DNA of 64,000 bases, from NCBI GenBank assembly GCA_902595065.1, contig CACJOM010000001.1, forward strand, positions 323,463 through 387,462, written 5' to 3'. Made by a program: the position numbers and the translations under genes. Each line of letters opens with the position of its first letter. Positions within the stretch are counted from its first letter, which is position 1. Of the stretch, positions 37,814 to 46,876 are shown one piece after another. Below the pieces are notes generated by a model, which was not told the origin of the DNA, made no database searches, and saw only the letters and a program-made list of their open reading frames with translations. Origin of the DNA: an uncultured SAR86 cluster bacterium (GTDB lineage: Bacteria > Pseudomonadota > Gammaproteobacteria > Magnimaribacterales > D2472).

Positions 37814-38796
37814 AGCAGCTTTTATACTCTCATGGTGAACCGGCTGGTATAGGTGTAGATTTAATCCTGCATCTATCAAAATCTAAATTTTTAGAAAAAA
37901 TTAATGCTCCATTTGTCTGTATCGCTGATAGCAAACTTTTAGAATCAAGAGCAAAAATTCTTGGACTTAAACTCAAATTCATAGAATTACAACAGCTTGA
38001 AAAAGCTCTACAAAATAAAGCTGGCATAGTGCAATTTATAAAAATTGCAGATTGCAAAGATCCTAGCCCAGGAAAGCTGAACCCTAACAATGCAAAATAC
38101 GTAATTAAGAATTTAAACTTTGGAATTAAAGAAGCATCAAAAAATAAGAAAATTGGATTAGTTACTGGGCCGATACAAAAAAGTAATATTATGGATGGTG
38201 GATTTGCAGGCTTTCAAGGCCATACCGAGTGGATTCAAAAGAAAACTAAATCGAGTAATGTTGTTATGCTTCTTTCATCAAAAAAAATTAAAGTTGCGCT
38301 TGCTACAACACATATTCCATTAACTGAAGTTACAAAAAATATTCAAAAAGCAAAATTAATTAAAATAATTAAAATCCTGCATTCGGATCTCAAAAATAAA
38401 CTTGGTATTAAAGACCCAAAAATAACTGTCCTAGGATTAAATCCACATGCTGGTGAAAATGGAAAAATAGGTGAAGAAGAGATCAGAAAAATTAATCCAG
38501 CGGTGAAGGCTTGCAGAGATATGGGTATCAATGCCTCATATGCCATCTCGGCTGATACAGCTTTTAATAAAAAAAAGTTGAAGGAAACAGACGCTTATCT
38601 TGCAATGTATCATGATCAAGCCTTGCCGGTCTTAAAAGCCATGAGCTTTGGTGAAGCGATAAATATTACGCTTGGAACTTCTATTGTAAGAACTTCTGTA
38701 GACCATGGGACAGCTTTAGATGTTGCTGGTAAGTTGAAGCCAAACCTTGGATCAATAAAAGAAGCGATTAAAGCTGCAGAAGTTCAACTGCAATGA
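37810..38796 (+). CDS. pdxA: 4-hydroxythreonine-4-phosphate dehydrogenase PdxA
   Basis: GEPAGIG, GHTEW, GLNPHAGENG, HDQ and SVDHGTA motifs. The start has a 4-nt overlap with the surA stop. Confidence 0.94.
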   Translation: MKQLLYSHGEPAGIGVDLILHLSKSKFLEKINAPFVCIADSKLLESRAKILGLKLKFIELQQLEKALQNKAGIVQFIKIADCKDPSPGKLNPNNAKYVIKNLNFGIKEASKNKKIGLVTGPIQKSNIMDGGFAGFQGHTEWIQKKTKSSNVVMLLSSKKIKVALATTHIPLTEVTKNIQKAKLIKIIKILHSDLKNKLGIKDPKITVLGLNPHAGENGKIGEEEIRKINPAVKACRDMGINASYAISADTAFNKKKLKETDAYLAMYHDQALPVLKAMSFGEAINITLGTSIVRTSVDHGTALDVAGKLKPNLGSIKEAIKAAEVQLQ

Positions 38797-39560
38797 ATGA
38801 TAGAACACATAGGCGAAAACTAGGCCAAAACTATCTCATTGATCCAGTTATTTTATTTGAGATAGAAAGAGCAATTAACCCACAAGACAATAACCTCTTT
38901 TTTGAAATTGGCCCTGGGACTGGTGCATTGACAAGCCACTTGGTAGGTCAAAATAGAAAAGTGATAGGAATGGATCTTGATCAGCAAAATATAATTTCTC
39001 TTTTAGCAAGATTTCCAAAGAATGATAACGAGTTTATTCATGGAGATGTACTAAAAGACCCCTTAGATTTTTTACTTAAAACTAAACATAGAGTTGTGGG
39101 GAATCTTCCATATAATATTTCTACTCAAATAATCATTAAATTAATTAATTACTTTGACACAATTGAGGATATTCATTTTTTAGTTCAAAAAGAAGTTGCT
39201 CACAGAGTCTGTGCTTCGAATCAATCAAAGGATTGGGGCAGGCTCGGAGTAAAAATTTCTGCATTATTTGAGACATCTATTTTATTCGATGTTCCTCCAG
39301 AATCCTTTGATATTAGGCCAAAAGTCCAGTCCTCATTCATTAGACTCATCCCTAGATTAAGTCCCATGATTGCATTGGAAACATTCTCAGAATTTTCAAA
39401 TTTAGTTGATCAATCTTTTGCTAATAAAAGAAAGGGAATTAAAAATAATCTTAAAAAATTTGAAATCAATTACAAAAGGTTAAATATCAATCCGCTTGCA
39501 AGAGCAGAAGAATTGTCTATTGAAAACTTTATTTCAATTTTTGAAACCATTGAAAGATAA
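38793..39560 (+). CDS. rsmA: 16S rRNA (adenine1518/1519-N6)-dimethyltransferase RsmA/KsgA
   Basis: LGQNYLIDP, EIGPGTGALT and GNLPYNIST motifs. Confidence 0.95.
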   Translation: MNDRTHRRKLGQNYLIDPVILFEIERAINPQDNNLFFEIGPGTGALTSHLVGQNRKVIGMDLDQQNIISLLARFPKNDNEFIHGDVLKDPLDFLLKTKHRVVGNLPYNISTQIIIKLINYFDTIEDIHFLVQKEVAHRVCASNQSKDWGRLGVKISALFETSILFDVPPESFDIRPKVQSSFIRLIPRLSPMIALETFSEFSNLVDQSFANKRKGIKNNLKKFEINYKRLNINPLARAEELSIENFISIFETIER

Positions 39561-40364
39561 ATGAGTACTTATGTAATCGGAGATGTGCATGGCTGCTTTA
39601 GTCAATTGCTTAAATTATTGGACAAGATTTCTTATAACGCCCAAGAAGACAAAATCATCCTTACAGGTGACCTAGTCAACAGAGGGCCAGATTCTCTTGC
39701 TGTACTGAATTATTGCATGGCAGATAGTAACATTACTTCGGTTTTGGGAAATCATGATCTCTATTTGTTGTATTTATTAAATACTAATCAAGCTAAAGGC
39801 GAATTAAAAAAAGTAGTGGAAGCAGAGAACAGTTCAGAAATTTTTGAATGGTTAATCAAGCGCCCAATGCTCATTCAAATTTCTGATCAATCAACTCACA
39901 AAGAATTCATAGTAACTCATGCTGGCATTCCAGAAATTTGGTCTATAGAAAAAGCTGTACACCTAGCAGAGGAAGTGTCTAAGGCATTAAATACCGATCC
40001 ATCAAAAATACTCAAGGTAATGTGGGGGAATGACCCAAATTCTTGGGATGAGTGTCTAACAGATGATGATAGGTATAGAGTGGTTATAAATTATATGACT
40101 AGAATGAGATTTCTAGGAAATTCAGCAAGTCTAGATTTGAAGAATACAAGCACAAAGGCCTCAGCAGGTTTCAAGCCATGGTTTGAATACGCATCTGAAT
40201 CCTATAAACAGAAGAACCAATTTTATGTATTTGGTCATTGGGCATCTTTGAATGGTCAAACAAATAATCCTCATTTTATTGGTTTAGATACTGGATGTGT
40301 GTGGAAAGGCAAACTTACCGCTCTTAGAATTGATGATTTAGAGAAAATTTCGGTAAAGTATTAG
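39561..40364 (+). CDS. apaH: Bis(5'-nucleosyl)-tetraphosphatase (symmetrical) ApaH
   Basis: Metallophosphatase motifs GDVHGC, GDLVNRGPDS, GNHD and GH. It follows rsmA directly, with no apaG between them. Confidence 0.92.
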   Translation: MSTYVIGDVHGCFSQLLKLLDKISYNAQEDKIILTGDLVNRGPDSLAVLNYCMADSNITSVLGNHDLYLLYLLNTNQAKGELKKVVEAENSSEIFEWLIKRPMLIQISDQSTHKEFIVTHAGIPEIWSIEKAVHLAEEVSKALNTDPSKILKVMWGNDPNSWDECLTDDDRYRVVINYMTRMRFLGNSASLDLKNTSTKASAGFKPWFEYASESYKQKNQFYVFGHWASLNGQTNNPHFIGLDTGCVWKGKLTALRIDDLEKISVKY

Positions 40365-40365
40365 C

Positions 40366-41382
40366 ATGAAAATTTTTCAGGTTGGTGGATCTGTTAGAGA
40401 TGAATTACTTGGCTTCAAACCCAAGGATAGAGATTGGGTTGTGGTGAATTCTAGTCCTGAAGAAATGGAAAATAATGGATTTAAGCCAATCGGTAAAGAT
40501 TTTCCAGTTTTTTTGCATCCAAAAACAAACGAAGAGTATGCATTGGCTAGAACTGAAAAAAAATCTGGTGTTGGCTATAAGGGTTTTAGATTTTACTTCG
40601 ATTCAAGCGTCACCCTTGAAGAAGATCTCCAGCGAAGAGATTTCACAATTAATTCAATAGCTAAAGATCAAAATGGAAAAATTATTGATCCATTCAAAGG
40701 TAGACTTGATTTAGAAAAAAAACTATTTCGGCATACATCATCAGCTTTTGATGAGGATCCTCTGAGAGTTCTAAGATTTGCAAGATTTAAATCATATGAG
40801 CAACTCAGCAGTTTCAATCTTCATGAAGAAACAAATATTTATTTTAAAAACATTGCTGCTTCAAATGAGCTCAAAGAGCTTTCTCCAGAAAGGGTCTGGA
40901 TGGAAACCAAAAAGGCTCTTGAAAACAAGCATAGTGAAGAGTTTTTTAAGGCTATAAAAAAATATCAACTTACAACTCCTTGGTTTGAGGGGCTAAAGAA
41001 TATTTCGTGTGATGGCGATGTACCTGAACTAAAATGGGCTGATATACAAAGAGTGAATGGCTTTCAACTATCAAAGCCACTTCCAATTCCAAAAATATTT
41101 CAGAAAACGCAGGAATCTTTAAAACAGGTTCTTGATTTAATTGCTTGTGAAAATAAAAAAGAAAAATTTAACTTAGTTGAAAAAATGAATATACATAGAA
41201 ATTATGAACTATTTCAAAGCATCTATGCTCATTCATCTATAAAAGAGCATCAGAATTACTTAGATAAAATATTTCAATCGGTCATGGATATTGATTTCTC
41301 TGCATTATCAACCATTCATGGCTCTGAAGTTTCGCATCAAAAACAATTGCTTTATTATGAAGCCTTAAAAGAAATCTTATGA
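40366..41382 (+). CDS. cca: Class II CCA-adding tRNA nucleotidyltransferase, short form without HD domain
   Basis: VGGSVRDELLG...DRDWVV head domain and RRDFTIN. It is only 338 aa with no HD dipeptide in the C-terminal part, whereas E. coli Cca is 412 aa with an HD domain. Confidence 0.85.
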   Translation: MKIFQVGGSVRDELLGFKPKDRDWVVVNSSPEEMENNGFKPIGKDFPVFLHPKTNEEYALARTEKKSGVGYKGFRFYFDSSVTLEEDLQRRDFTINSIAKDQNGKIIDPFKGRLDLEKKLFRHTSSAFDEDPLRVLRFARFKSYEQLSSFNLHEETNIYFKNIAASNELKELSPERVWMETKKALENKHSEEFFKAIKKYQLTTPWFEGLKNISCDGDVPELKWADIQRVNGFQLSKPLPIPKIFQKTQESLKQVLDLIACENKKEKFNLVEKMNIHRNYELFQSIYAHSSIKEHQNYLDKIFQSVMDIDFSALSTIHGSEVSHQKQLLYYEALKEIL

Positions 41383-42104
41383 GCAAAACAATTCTAATTA
41401 CTGGAGCAGCCAAAAGAATAGGCAGAGAAATAGCATTGTCATTTTTTGATAAAGGATGGGATATTGTTATCCATTACAATAGCTCAAAAAGTGATGCTCA
41501 AGTATTAGCAGATGAGATGAATGCTCGAAGAGACAATAGCGCAATTATCGCTCAAGCAAATCTTGATAATGCAGATGAAGTAATAAAATTAGTAGATCAA
41601 ACCCTTTCAAAGAATAATCGAATTGATGCCTTGGTAAATAATGCTTCAACCTTCTACCCTACCCCTATAGGAAATTTCTCAGAGGATGATTGGAATTTAC
41701 TAATGGGAAGCAATGTAAAGGCTCCGCTTTTCTTAATACAGTCATTCTTCAAGGAGCTCAAAAAAAACAAGGGTTTTATTATTAATATTACTGACATTAA
41801 CGTCGATAAGGCCCTGATTAATCATTCAATTTATCTTGCAGCAAAATCTGGTTTACAAACCCTCACAAGATCTCTTGCAAAAGAATTAGCGCCAGATATT
41901 AGAGTAAATGCAATTGCCCCAGGCGCCATTCTTGAGCCACCCAACACCGAGTGGACAACAGAACAAAAAAATATCATTATTAATTCAGTCCCGTTGGGGA
42001 GAATGGGAGCTGAGAAGGATATTGCAGATGCAGCAATATTTCTTTCTGAAGCAGAATATGTAACTGGCCAGATATTAAACATAGATGGAGGAAAGTCTCT
42101 CTGA
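41379..42104 (+). CDS. folM: SDR-family pteridine reductase / dihydromonapterin reductase (FolM)-like
   Basis: ILITGAAKRIG carries the TGxxxRxG variant characteristic of FolM/PTR1-type reductases. YLAAK supplies YxxxK. The neighbourhood contains folK and folB. Confidence 0.6.
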   Translation: MSKTILITGAAKRIGREIALSFFDKGWDIVIHYNSSKSDAQVLADEMNARRDNSAIIAQANLDNADEVIKLVDQTLSKNNRIDALVNNASTFYPTPIGNFSEDDWNLLMGSNVKAPLFLIQSFFKELKKNKGFIINITDINVDKALINHSIYLAAKSGLQTLTRSLAKELAPDIRVNAIAPGAILEPPNTEWTTEQKNIIINSVPLGRMGAEKDIADAAIFLSEAEYVTGQILNIDGGKSL

Positions 42105-43177
42105 TGAATGAAACGAGCTCAAATAATCCTGATGGTCACAAAATTTTTTCAGGAACTAAGGAAGTGGCCGAAAACCTCAGGTTTAATGAATCAGGCTTAC
42201 AAGAATGGTTTGGAGATAACATTTCTTCTGCTGGAAAAATCGTAAAGATTGCTCAATTTAAAGGCGGCCAGTCAAACCCAACATATAAAATAACAACTGA
42301 AAAGCAAGAATTTGTTTTGCGCAGAAAGCCGCCAGGAACTTTGCTACCATCAGCTCATGCCGTAGATAGAGAATATAAAGTTATGACAGCTCTTCAAGGC
42401 ACGCAAGTTCCAGTTCCAAAAACTTATGGTCTTTGTGAAGATGAAGAGGTTATAGGAACCCCTTTTTTTGTGATGGATTTTCTTGGTGGAGATATTTACT
42501 GGGATCTATTGCTTGATGGTAAAACTCCCGCAGAAAGAATGGAGATCTATAGAAGCAAGAATAACGTAATTGCACAGTTGCATAAGGTTGATTACCAATC
42601 AGTTGGTTTGTCTGATTATGGTAAACCTGGAAATTATATTGCCAGACAAGTATCTAGATGGACAAAACAATATATAGCTTCTGAAACTCAGAATATTCCT
42701 GCAATGAATAATTTAATAGATTGGCTTCCACCTAATATTCCTGATGAAGATGAAACCTCGATAGTGCATGGGGATTACCGACTGGATAATATGGTTTTTA
42801 ATGCCAATAATGATGTCATGGGCGTGCTAGATTGGGAGCTTTCAACGCTTGGACATCCAATCGCAGACTTCAATTATCACTGTATTAGCTGGAGAAATAT
42901 TCCAGAGTTAGCTGACGAAGCATTCTGCCAAAAAAATGGTATTCCCACTGAAAAAGAATACCGTAATATGTATTCTGAAATTACTGGTAAAAACCTTGAT
43001 GAGCATTGGGAGTTTTATACTATTTTTAATATCTTTAAACTGGCTGGAATCTTACAGGGAATTATGGGCAGGGTAAGAGACGGAACTGCTGCAAGCAAGC
43101 ATGCAGAAGATCGAGGAAACCAAGTGGTTCCTCTTGCAGAAGCAGCTTGGGACTTGGTCGAAAAAAACTATAAATAG
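42104..43177 (+). CDS. Phosphotransferase (APH/ACAD10-11 N-terminal kinase-like) family protein
   Basis: FKGGQSNPTY, VLRRKP, VHGDYRLDNMVF (catalytic loop) and LDWELS. The start overlaps the folM-like stop (TGATG). Confidence 0.75.
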   Translation: MNETSSNNPDGHKIFSGTKEVAENLRFNESGLQEWFGDNISSAGKIVKIAQFKGGQSNPTYKITTEKQEFVLRRKPPGTLLPSAHAVDREYKVMTALQGTQVPVPKTYGLCEDEEVIGTPFFVMDFLGGDIYWDLLLDGKTPAERMEIYRSKNNVIAQLHKVDYQSVGLSDYGKPGNYIARQVSRWTKQYIASETQNIPAMNNLIDWLPPNIPDEDETSIVHGDYRLDNMVFNANNDVMGVLDWELSTLGHPIADFNYHCISWRNIPELADEAFCQKNGIPTEKEYRNMYSEITGKNLDEHWEFYTIFNIFKLAGILQGIMGRVRDGTAASKHAEDRGNQVVPLAEAAWDLVEKNYK

Positions 43178-43179
43178 AT

Positions 43180-43557
43180 TCATAATAATTCTTCTAGCGG
43201 CTCAGAAACAAAACGATACTTAGCTATCTCATCACTCTCAAAAACTATTTCTTCATCATCACTTATTTGAAGAACTATATCTATATCAAGCGTCCTAGAT
43301 GAAAATTTTGGTGCGTTCCTATCTCTACCAGAGTTATCCTCAATATTTTTTAACTTTTGATTGAGATCGTCAAAGGAAAGTGAAGATACTCCACAAAAAA
43401 TAAGGTTTAAGAAATCATCCCCATCAAACCCCTCTGCTTGAGTGGTGTATACCGAGGAGCACTCCGTTTCAGTGAGAATATCTTTTAATGCAGAAATGGC
43501 TAAATCAAGATTTGATTCTGGATCAATATTACTTCCAAGTGAAAGAAAGTACTTCAT
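43180..43557 (-). CDS. folK: HPPK (FolK)-like protein, short and divergent (125 aa, no histidine)
   Basis: LSLGSNI, SSVYTT and RTLDIDIV align with E. coli HPPK IAIGSNL, SSFYRT and RTLDLDIM. The C-terminus is truncated, and the conserved His cannot be present because the protein contains no His. Confidence 0.55.
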   Translation of the reverse strand: MKYFLSLGSNIDPESNLDLAISALKDILTETECSSVYTTQAEGFDGDDFLNLIFCGVSSLSFDDLNQKLKNIEDNSGRDRNAPKFSSRTLDIDIVLQISDDEEIVFESDEIAKYRFVSEPLEELL

Positions 43558-43904
43558 TATCTATGAATGATCACTCCAACATCTTCAGCATACCTTAATG
43601 CGCCTGGCTTGGAGACTCTTAACTTTAGTGAGTGAACTTTAAATTCATTCTTTACGAGCGCAGCAATGCCTTCCGCCAAAGTTTCTTGCAGTTGAAATTC
43701 AGATTCTTCAACGAACTTGATGATTGCTTTAGTAATTTTTTTATAATCAATAGTATCTTCTATGGCATCTGTTTTTGCAGCTCTCTTACAATCAAATGCT
43801 ATCTCTAAGTCAATGCTCACTTCTTGACGAACTTCCCGCTCCCACCCAAATATTCCTATAATGGTTTGGACTCTTAAGTCTCTAATATAAACAATATCTT
43901 TCAC
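43557..43904 (-). CDS. folB: Dihydroneopterin aldolase FolB (or FolX-type epimerase paralogue)
   Basis: (V)[22 protein letters not shown] aligns with E. coli FolB MDIVFIEQLSVITTIGVYDWEQ. The GTG at 43904 forms a GTGA overlap with the tsaD stop and is preferred over the TTG at 43928. Confidence 0.8.
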   Translation of the reverse strand: MKDIVYIRDLRVQTIIGIFGWEREVRQEVSIDLEIAFDCKRAAKTDAIEDTIDYKKITKAIIKFVEESEFQLQETLAEGIAALVKNEFKVHSLKLRVSKPGALRYAEDVGVIIHR

Positions 43905-44905
43905 CCTATTGCGTCCCCCAAAGGCCAACGTGGTCGAGCATGTGAATTAAGCTGATATGTTGCTTCATTTGTCTTCAAGCTTCCCAAGTATGCAATCATT
44001 GCTGCATTATCAGTGCAATGCGCAATTGGTGGATATAGAACTGTAATATTTAAAGATTGCTGGAGGGTAGAAATTTTTTCTCTGAGTAATTTGTTAGCTG
44101 CTACTCCACCAGCCAAAATAATCCCCTCTCTACCAGTATCAATAAGAGCTTTAGATATTTTTTTAACTAGAACTTCTGTTGCAGCATGTTGAAAAGATGC
44201 GCATATATCTGCCTGAACGTCCTCAGTAATCTTGTCCAAATCTTGAACCGAATAAAGCACAGAAGTTTTTAAACCACTAAAACTAAAATCATAGTCATCA
44301 CTGTGAAGCATTGGCTGAGGAAACTTAAATTTTTCAGGATCACCCTGCTGAGCCATCTTTTCTATTTCCGGGCCTCCCGGATAACCCAAACCAATAAGCT
44401 TTGCTACTTTATCAAAGGCTTCTCCAACAGCATCATCCCTTGACTGACCTAGAATCTCATAATCATTTAAACCCCTTACATCAATAATTAATGAATGTCC
44501 TCCGGATACAAGCAGCGTTAAAAAAGGGAAATCTAATTTTTCTCCACTTAGAAAAGGAGCCATCAAGTGCCCCTCAAGATGGTTAACAGGTATTAATGGT
44601 TTATTTAGAGCAAGTGCAAGGCCTTGAGCAAAATTTTCACCTATTAACAATGTTCCTAGTAATCCAGGCCCTGCTGTATAAGCTATTTGATCAATGCTGC
44701 TTGGATGGGTTTTTCCTAAAGCTGTCTTGTAAATATGAGTAATTTTTTGACAATGATCCCTTGAGGCAAGTTCTGGTATAACTCCACCATACTCTCCATG
44801 AAGTTCTATCTGAGAAAAAACTGCCTCGCCAATAAGTCCTTTTTCAGAATCATAAAGCGCTACGGCGGTTTCGTCGCATGATGTTTCAATTCCTAAAGTA
44901 ATCAT
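43901..44905 (-). CDS. tsaD: tRNA N6-adenosine threonylcarbamoyltransferase TsaD
   Basis: [25 protein letters not shown] and GGVAAN motifs. ATG at 44905 (MITLGIETS) matches the E. coli N-terminus better than the one at 44920. Divergent from rpsU, as in E. coli. Confidence 0.95.
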   Translation of the reverse strand: MITLGIETSCDETAVALYDSEKGLIGEAVFSQIELHGEYGGVIPELASRDHCQKITHIYKTALGKTHPSSIDQIAYTAGPGLLGTLLIGENFAQGLALALNKPLIPVNHLEGHLMAPFLSGEKLDFPFLTLLVSGGHSLIIDVRGLNDYEILGQSRDDAVGEAFDKVAKLIGLGYPGGPEIEKMAQQGDPEKFKFPQPMLHSDDYDFSFSGLKTSVLYSVQDLDKITEDVQADICASFQHAATEVLVKKISKALIDTGREGIILAGGVAANKLLREKISTLQQSLNITVLYPPIAHCTDNAAMIAYLGSLKTNEATYQLNSHARPRWPLGDAIG

Positions 44906-44954
44906 AAAAAGTTTTTGCATTCACTCCATAAAAAGAATAAACTACCCAGCAATT

Positions 44955-45173
44955 ATGCCTTCTATAATAATAAAAGATACAGAATACTTCGACGTTGGTC
45001 TAAGAAAATTTAAGCGTGCTTGTGAAAAAGCTGCGATCGTTCCAGAGATCCGCGCAAGAGAATTCTATGAAAAACCAACAGCCGTAAGAAAGAGAAAAAT
45101 GGCAGCTGCAATCAAGCGAGCACATAAAACTAATAGAAAATTTAGTTTCTCAAGGCAAAGATCCTATCGCTAA
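44955..45173 (+). CDS. rpsU: 30S ribosomal protein S21
   Basis: [26 protein letters not shown]...[12 protein letters not shown] is typical of S21. Confidence 0.97.
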   Translation: MPSIIIKDTEYFDVGLRKFKRACEKAAIVPEIRAREFYEKPTAVRKRKMAAAIKRAHKTNRKFSFSRQRSYR

Positions 45174-45174
45174 T

Positions 45175-45618
45175 TTGTCTCTCTTAGACACCATCAATCA
45201 AGACTTAAAGGCAGCCATGCTGAATAAGGATGTTGTCACCCGAGATACTCTTCGAATGTTAATCTCAGACATTAAAAAATTTGAGATTGACGAAAAGGTT
45301 GAGGCTGATGATGCCAAAATTTCTACTTTAATTAACAAGAACGTAAAACAACGTAGAGACTCAATAGAGCAATTTAAAAATGGAGGTCGTGATGATCTTG
45401 TTGCTAACGAGCAAAACCAATTAGATGTAATACTCAAATACTTACCCAAGCAATTATCAGAAGAAGAAATCCAATCGCTTATTCAGGAGGGAATTACAGC
45501 AGTCTCTGCTGAGAGTATGCAAGATATGGGCAAATTAATGGGTCATCTCAAGCCGCAATTTGAGGGTAAGGCTGACATGTCAGTTGTGAGTAAACTAGTA
45601 AAAAATTTGCTGGCCTAA
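45175..45618 (+). CDS. yqeY: GatB/YqeY domain-containing protein
   Basis: LKAAM..KD..RDTLRML...IK..EID and QRRDSIEQFKNGGRDDLVANE are typical of the YqeY family. It lies downstream of rpsU, as in Pseudomonas. TTG start. Confidence 0.85.
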   Translation: MSLLDTINQDLKAAMLNKDVVTRDTLRMLISDIKKFEIDEKVEADDAKISTLINKNVKQRRDSIEQFKNGGRDDLVANEQNQLDVILKYLPKQLSEEEIQSLIQEGITAVSAESMQDMGKLMGHLKPQFEGKADMSVVSKLVKNLLA

Positions 45619-45630
45619 CAAAGCATAAAT

Positions 45631-46875
45631 CTAATGTTTATAAGATGAGGGTTTATTTTCTGTATTTGTATACCTTTCAGTCAATTTAGAAGATCTTGAG
45701 CTTAAATCTTGTAATTGCCCTTCTATCATTACAATTTTAGGAAAAGAGGCTGGCTCTAATGGATCTCCATCCCAAACAATAATATCAGCCAATTTACCAG
45801 GTTCAATTGATCCTCTGTTATCAAGGTTAAAAGTTTGAGCTACTGTCTGTGTCATTCCCTTGATTGCAGTCTCATAAGACATGCCATGAGCAACTGCATT
45901 TCCAGATCCCTGTCTCATAAGGTGATAATTATGACTTCTTTGAGTGCTAAACATAATTGGTATGCCCGCTTGATCTAATATTCTTCCTAAATCCAAACTT
46001 GAGCCGAGTTCATCAAACGAATTTGGGATATTATCCATTGGGTCTATAATTACCGGAGTATTGCTTTCTTGAAGTTTAGTTAAAACCATTGGTGCTTCTT
46101 CAACGCTAGCTAATACTAAATTCAAGTCGTATTTTTCCTTCATGGCTAATGCTTGGAGAATATCAACAGCTCGGTTGGTTTCTATGACAAATGGCATGTC
46201 ATCATTTATCACTTTGCCTAATGCAATAATATCTTGAGCTTGCAGCTCTAACTTGTCAGCAATAGTCATTTCTAGAATTTCTTCAACAGGTTTATTCTTT
46301 GCCAGTTCTCCTATTTCTAATAACGACTCAAGGAGTGATAAAGTTTCAGCACGAGACCCATAAGAAGAACCCAACCTTCCAAACATGGCTATATCTTTGG
46401 CTCCCTTGATTTCAAGACTTCCATCTAAAACAAAATGTGAGCCTAACCCAAAAATTGGGAAAGAAGATGCGCTTGGAGTGCTAATAGCACTAGTAATGCC
46501 ATTGCTTCTATTCCAAGGAATTCCTGTTGAATGGGGATTAAATGCATTGAAAATACTAAAGCCAGCACTTAAAAGATCTGACTCATCATCACGGGTTACA
46601 TCCAAAGCATTAATCTCCACTATTCCTAAATTACTCATTGGGGAAATTAATCCTGGTGTAACTGGCAGTCCATTCACTTCAATCACTCTAGTATTACCAT
46701 CAATAATTAGATTATTACCTACATCAACAATAATATTTTCAGAAATTAGAATATCTTGAACGGTTGCAGTTCCGCCATTGCCTGAGTGAACTAGACCACC
46801 CTTTAGCAAAACTGTTCCTGATAAAATAGGAGCTGTAAGAAAAACTAAAGCTAATGTTGTAAATAATCTTCTCAT
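45631..46875 (-). CDS. Amidohydrolase-superfamily protein, exported, lacking the N-terminal HxH metal motif (possible non-catalytic paralogue)
   Basis: Signal peptide MRRLFTTLALVFLTAPILSG. PGLISPMSNLG occupies the place of the canonical PGxIDxHxH, while the C-terminal GSIEPGKLADIIVWDGDPLE is typical of the family. Confidence 0.7.
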   Translation of the reverse strand: MRRLFTTLALVFLTAPILSGTVLLKGGLVHSGNGGTATVQDILISENIIVDVGNNLIIDGNTRVIEVNGLPVTPGLISPMSNLGIVEINALDVTRDDESDLLSAGFSIFNAFNPHSTGIPWNRSNGITSAISTPSASSFPIFGLGSHFVLDGSLEIKGAKDIAMFGRLGSSYGSRAETLSLLESLLEIGELAKNKPVEEILEMTIADKLELQAQDIIALGKVINDDMPFVIETNRAVDILQALAMKEKYDLNLVLASVEEAPMVLTKLQESNTPVIIDPMDNIPNSFDELGSSLDLGRILDQAGIPIMFSTQRSHNYHLMRQGSGNAVAHGMSYETAIKGMTQTVAQTFNLDNRGSIEPGKLADIIVWDGDPLEPASFPKIVMIEGQLQDLSSRSSKLTERYTNTENKPSSYKH

Positions 46876-46876
46876 G

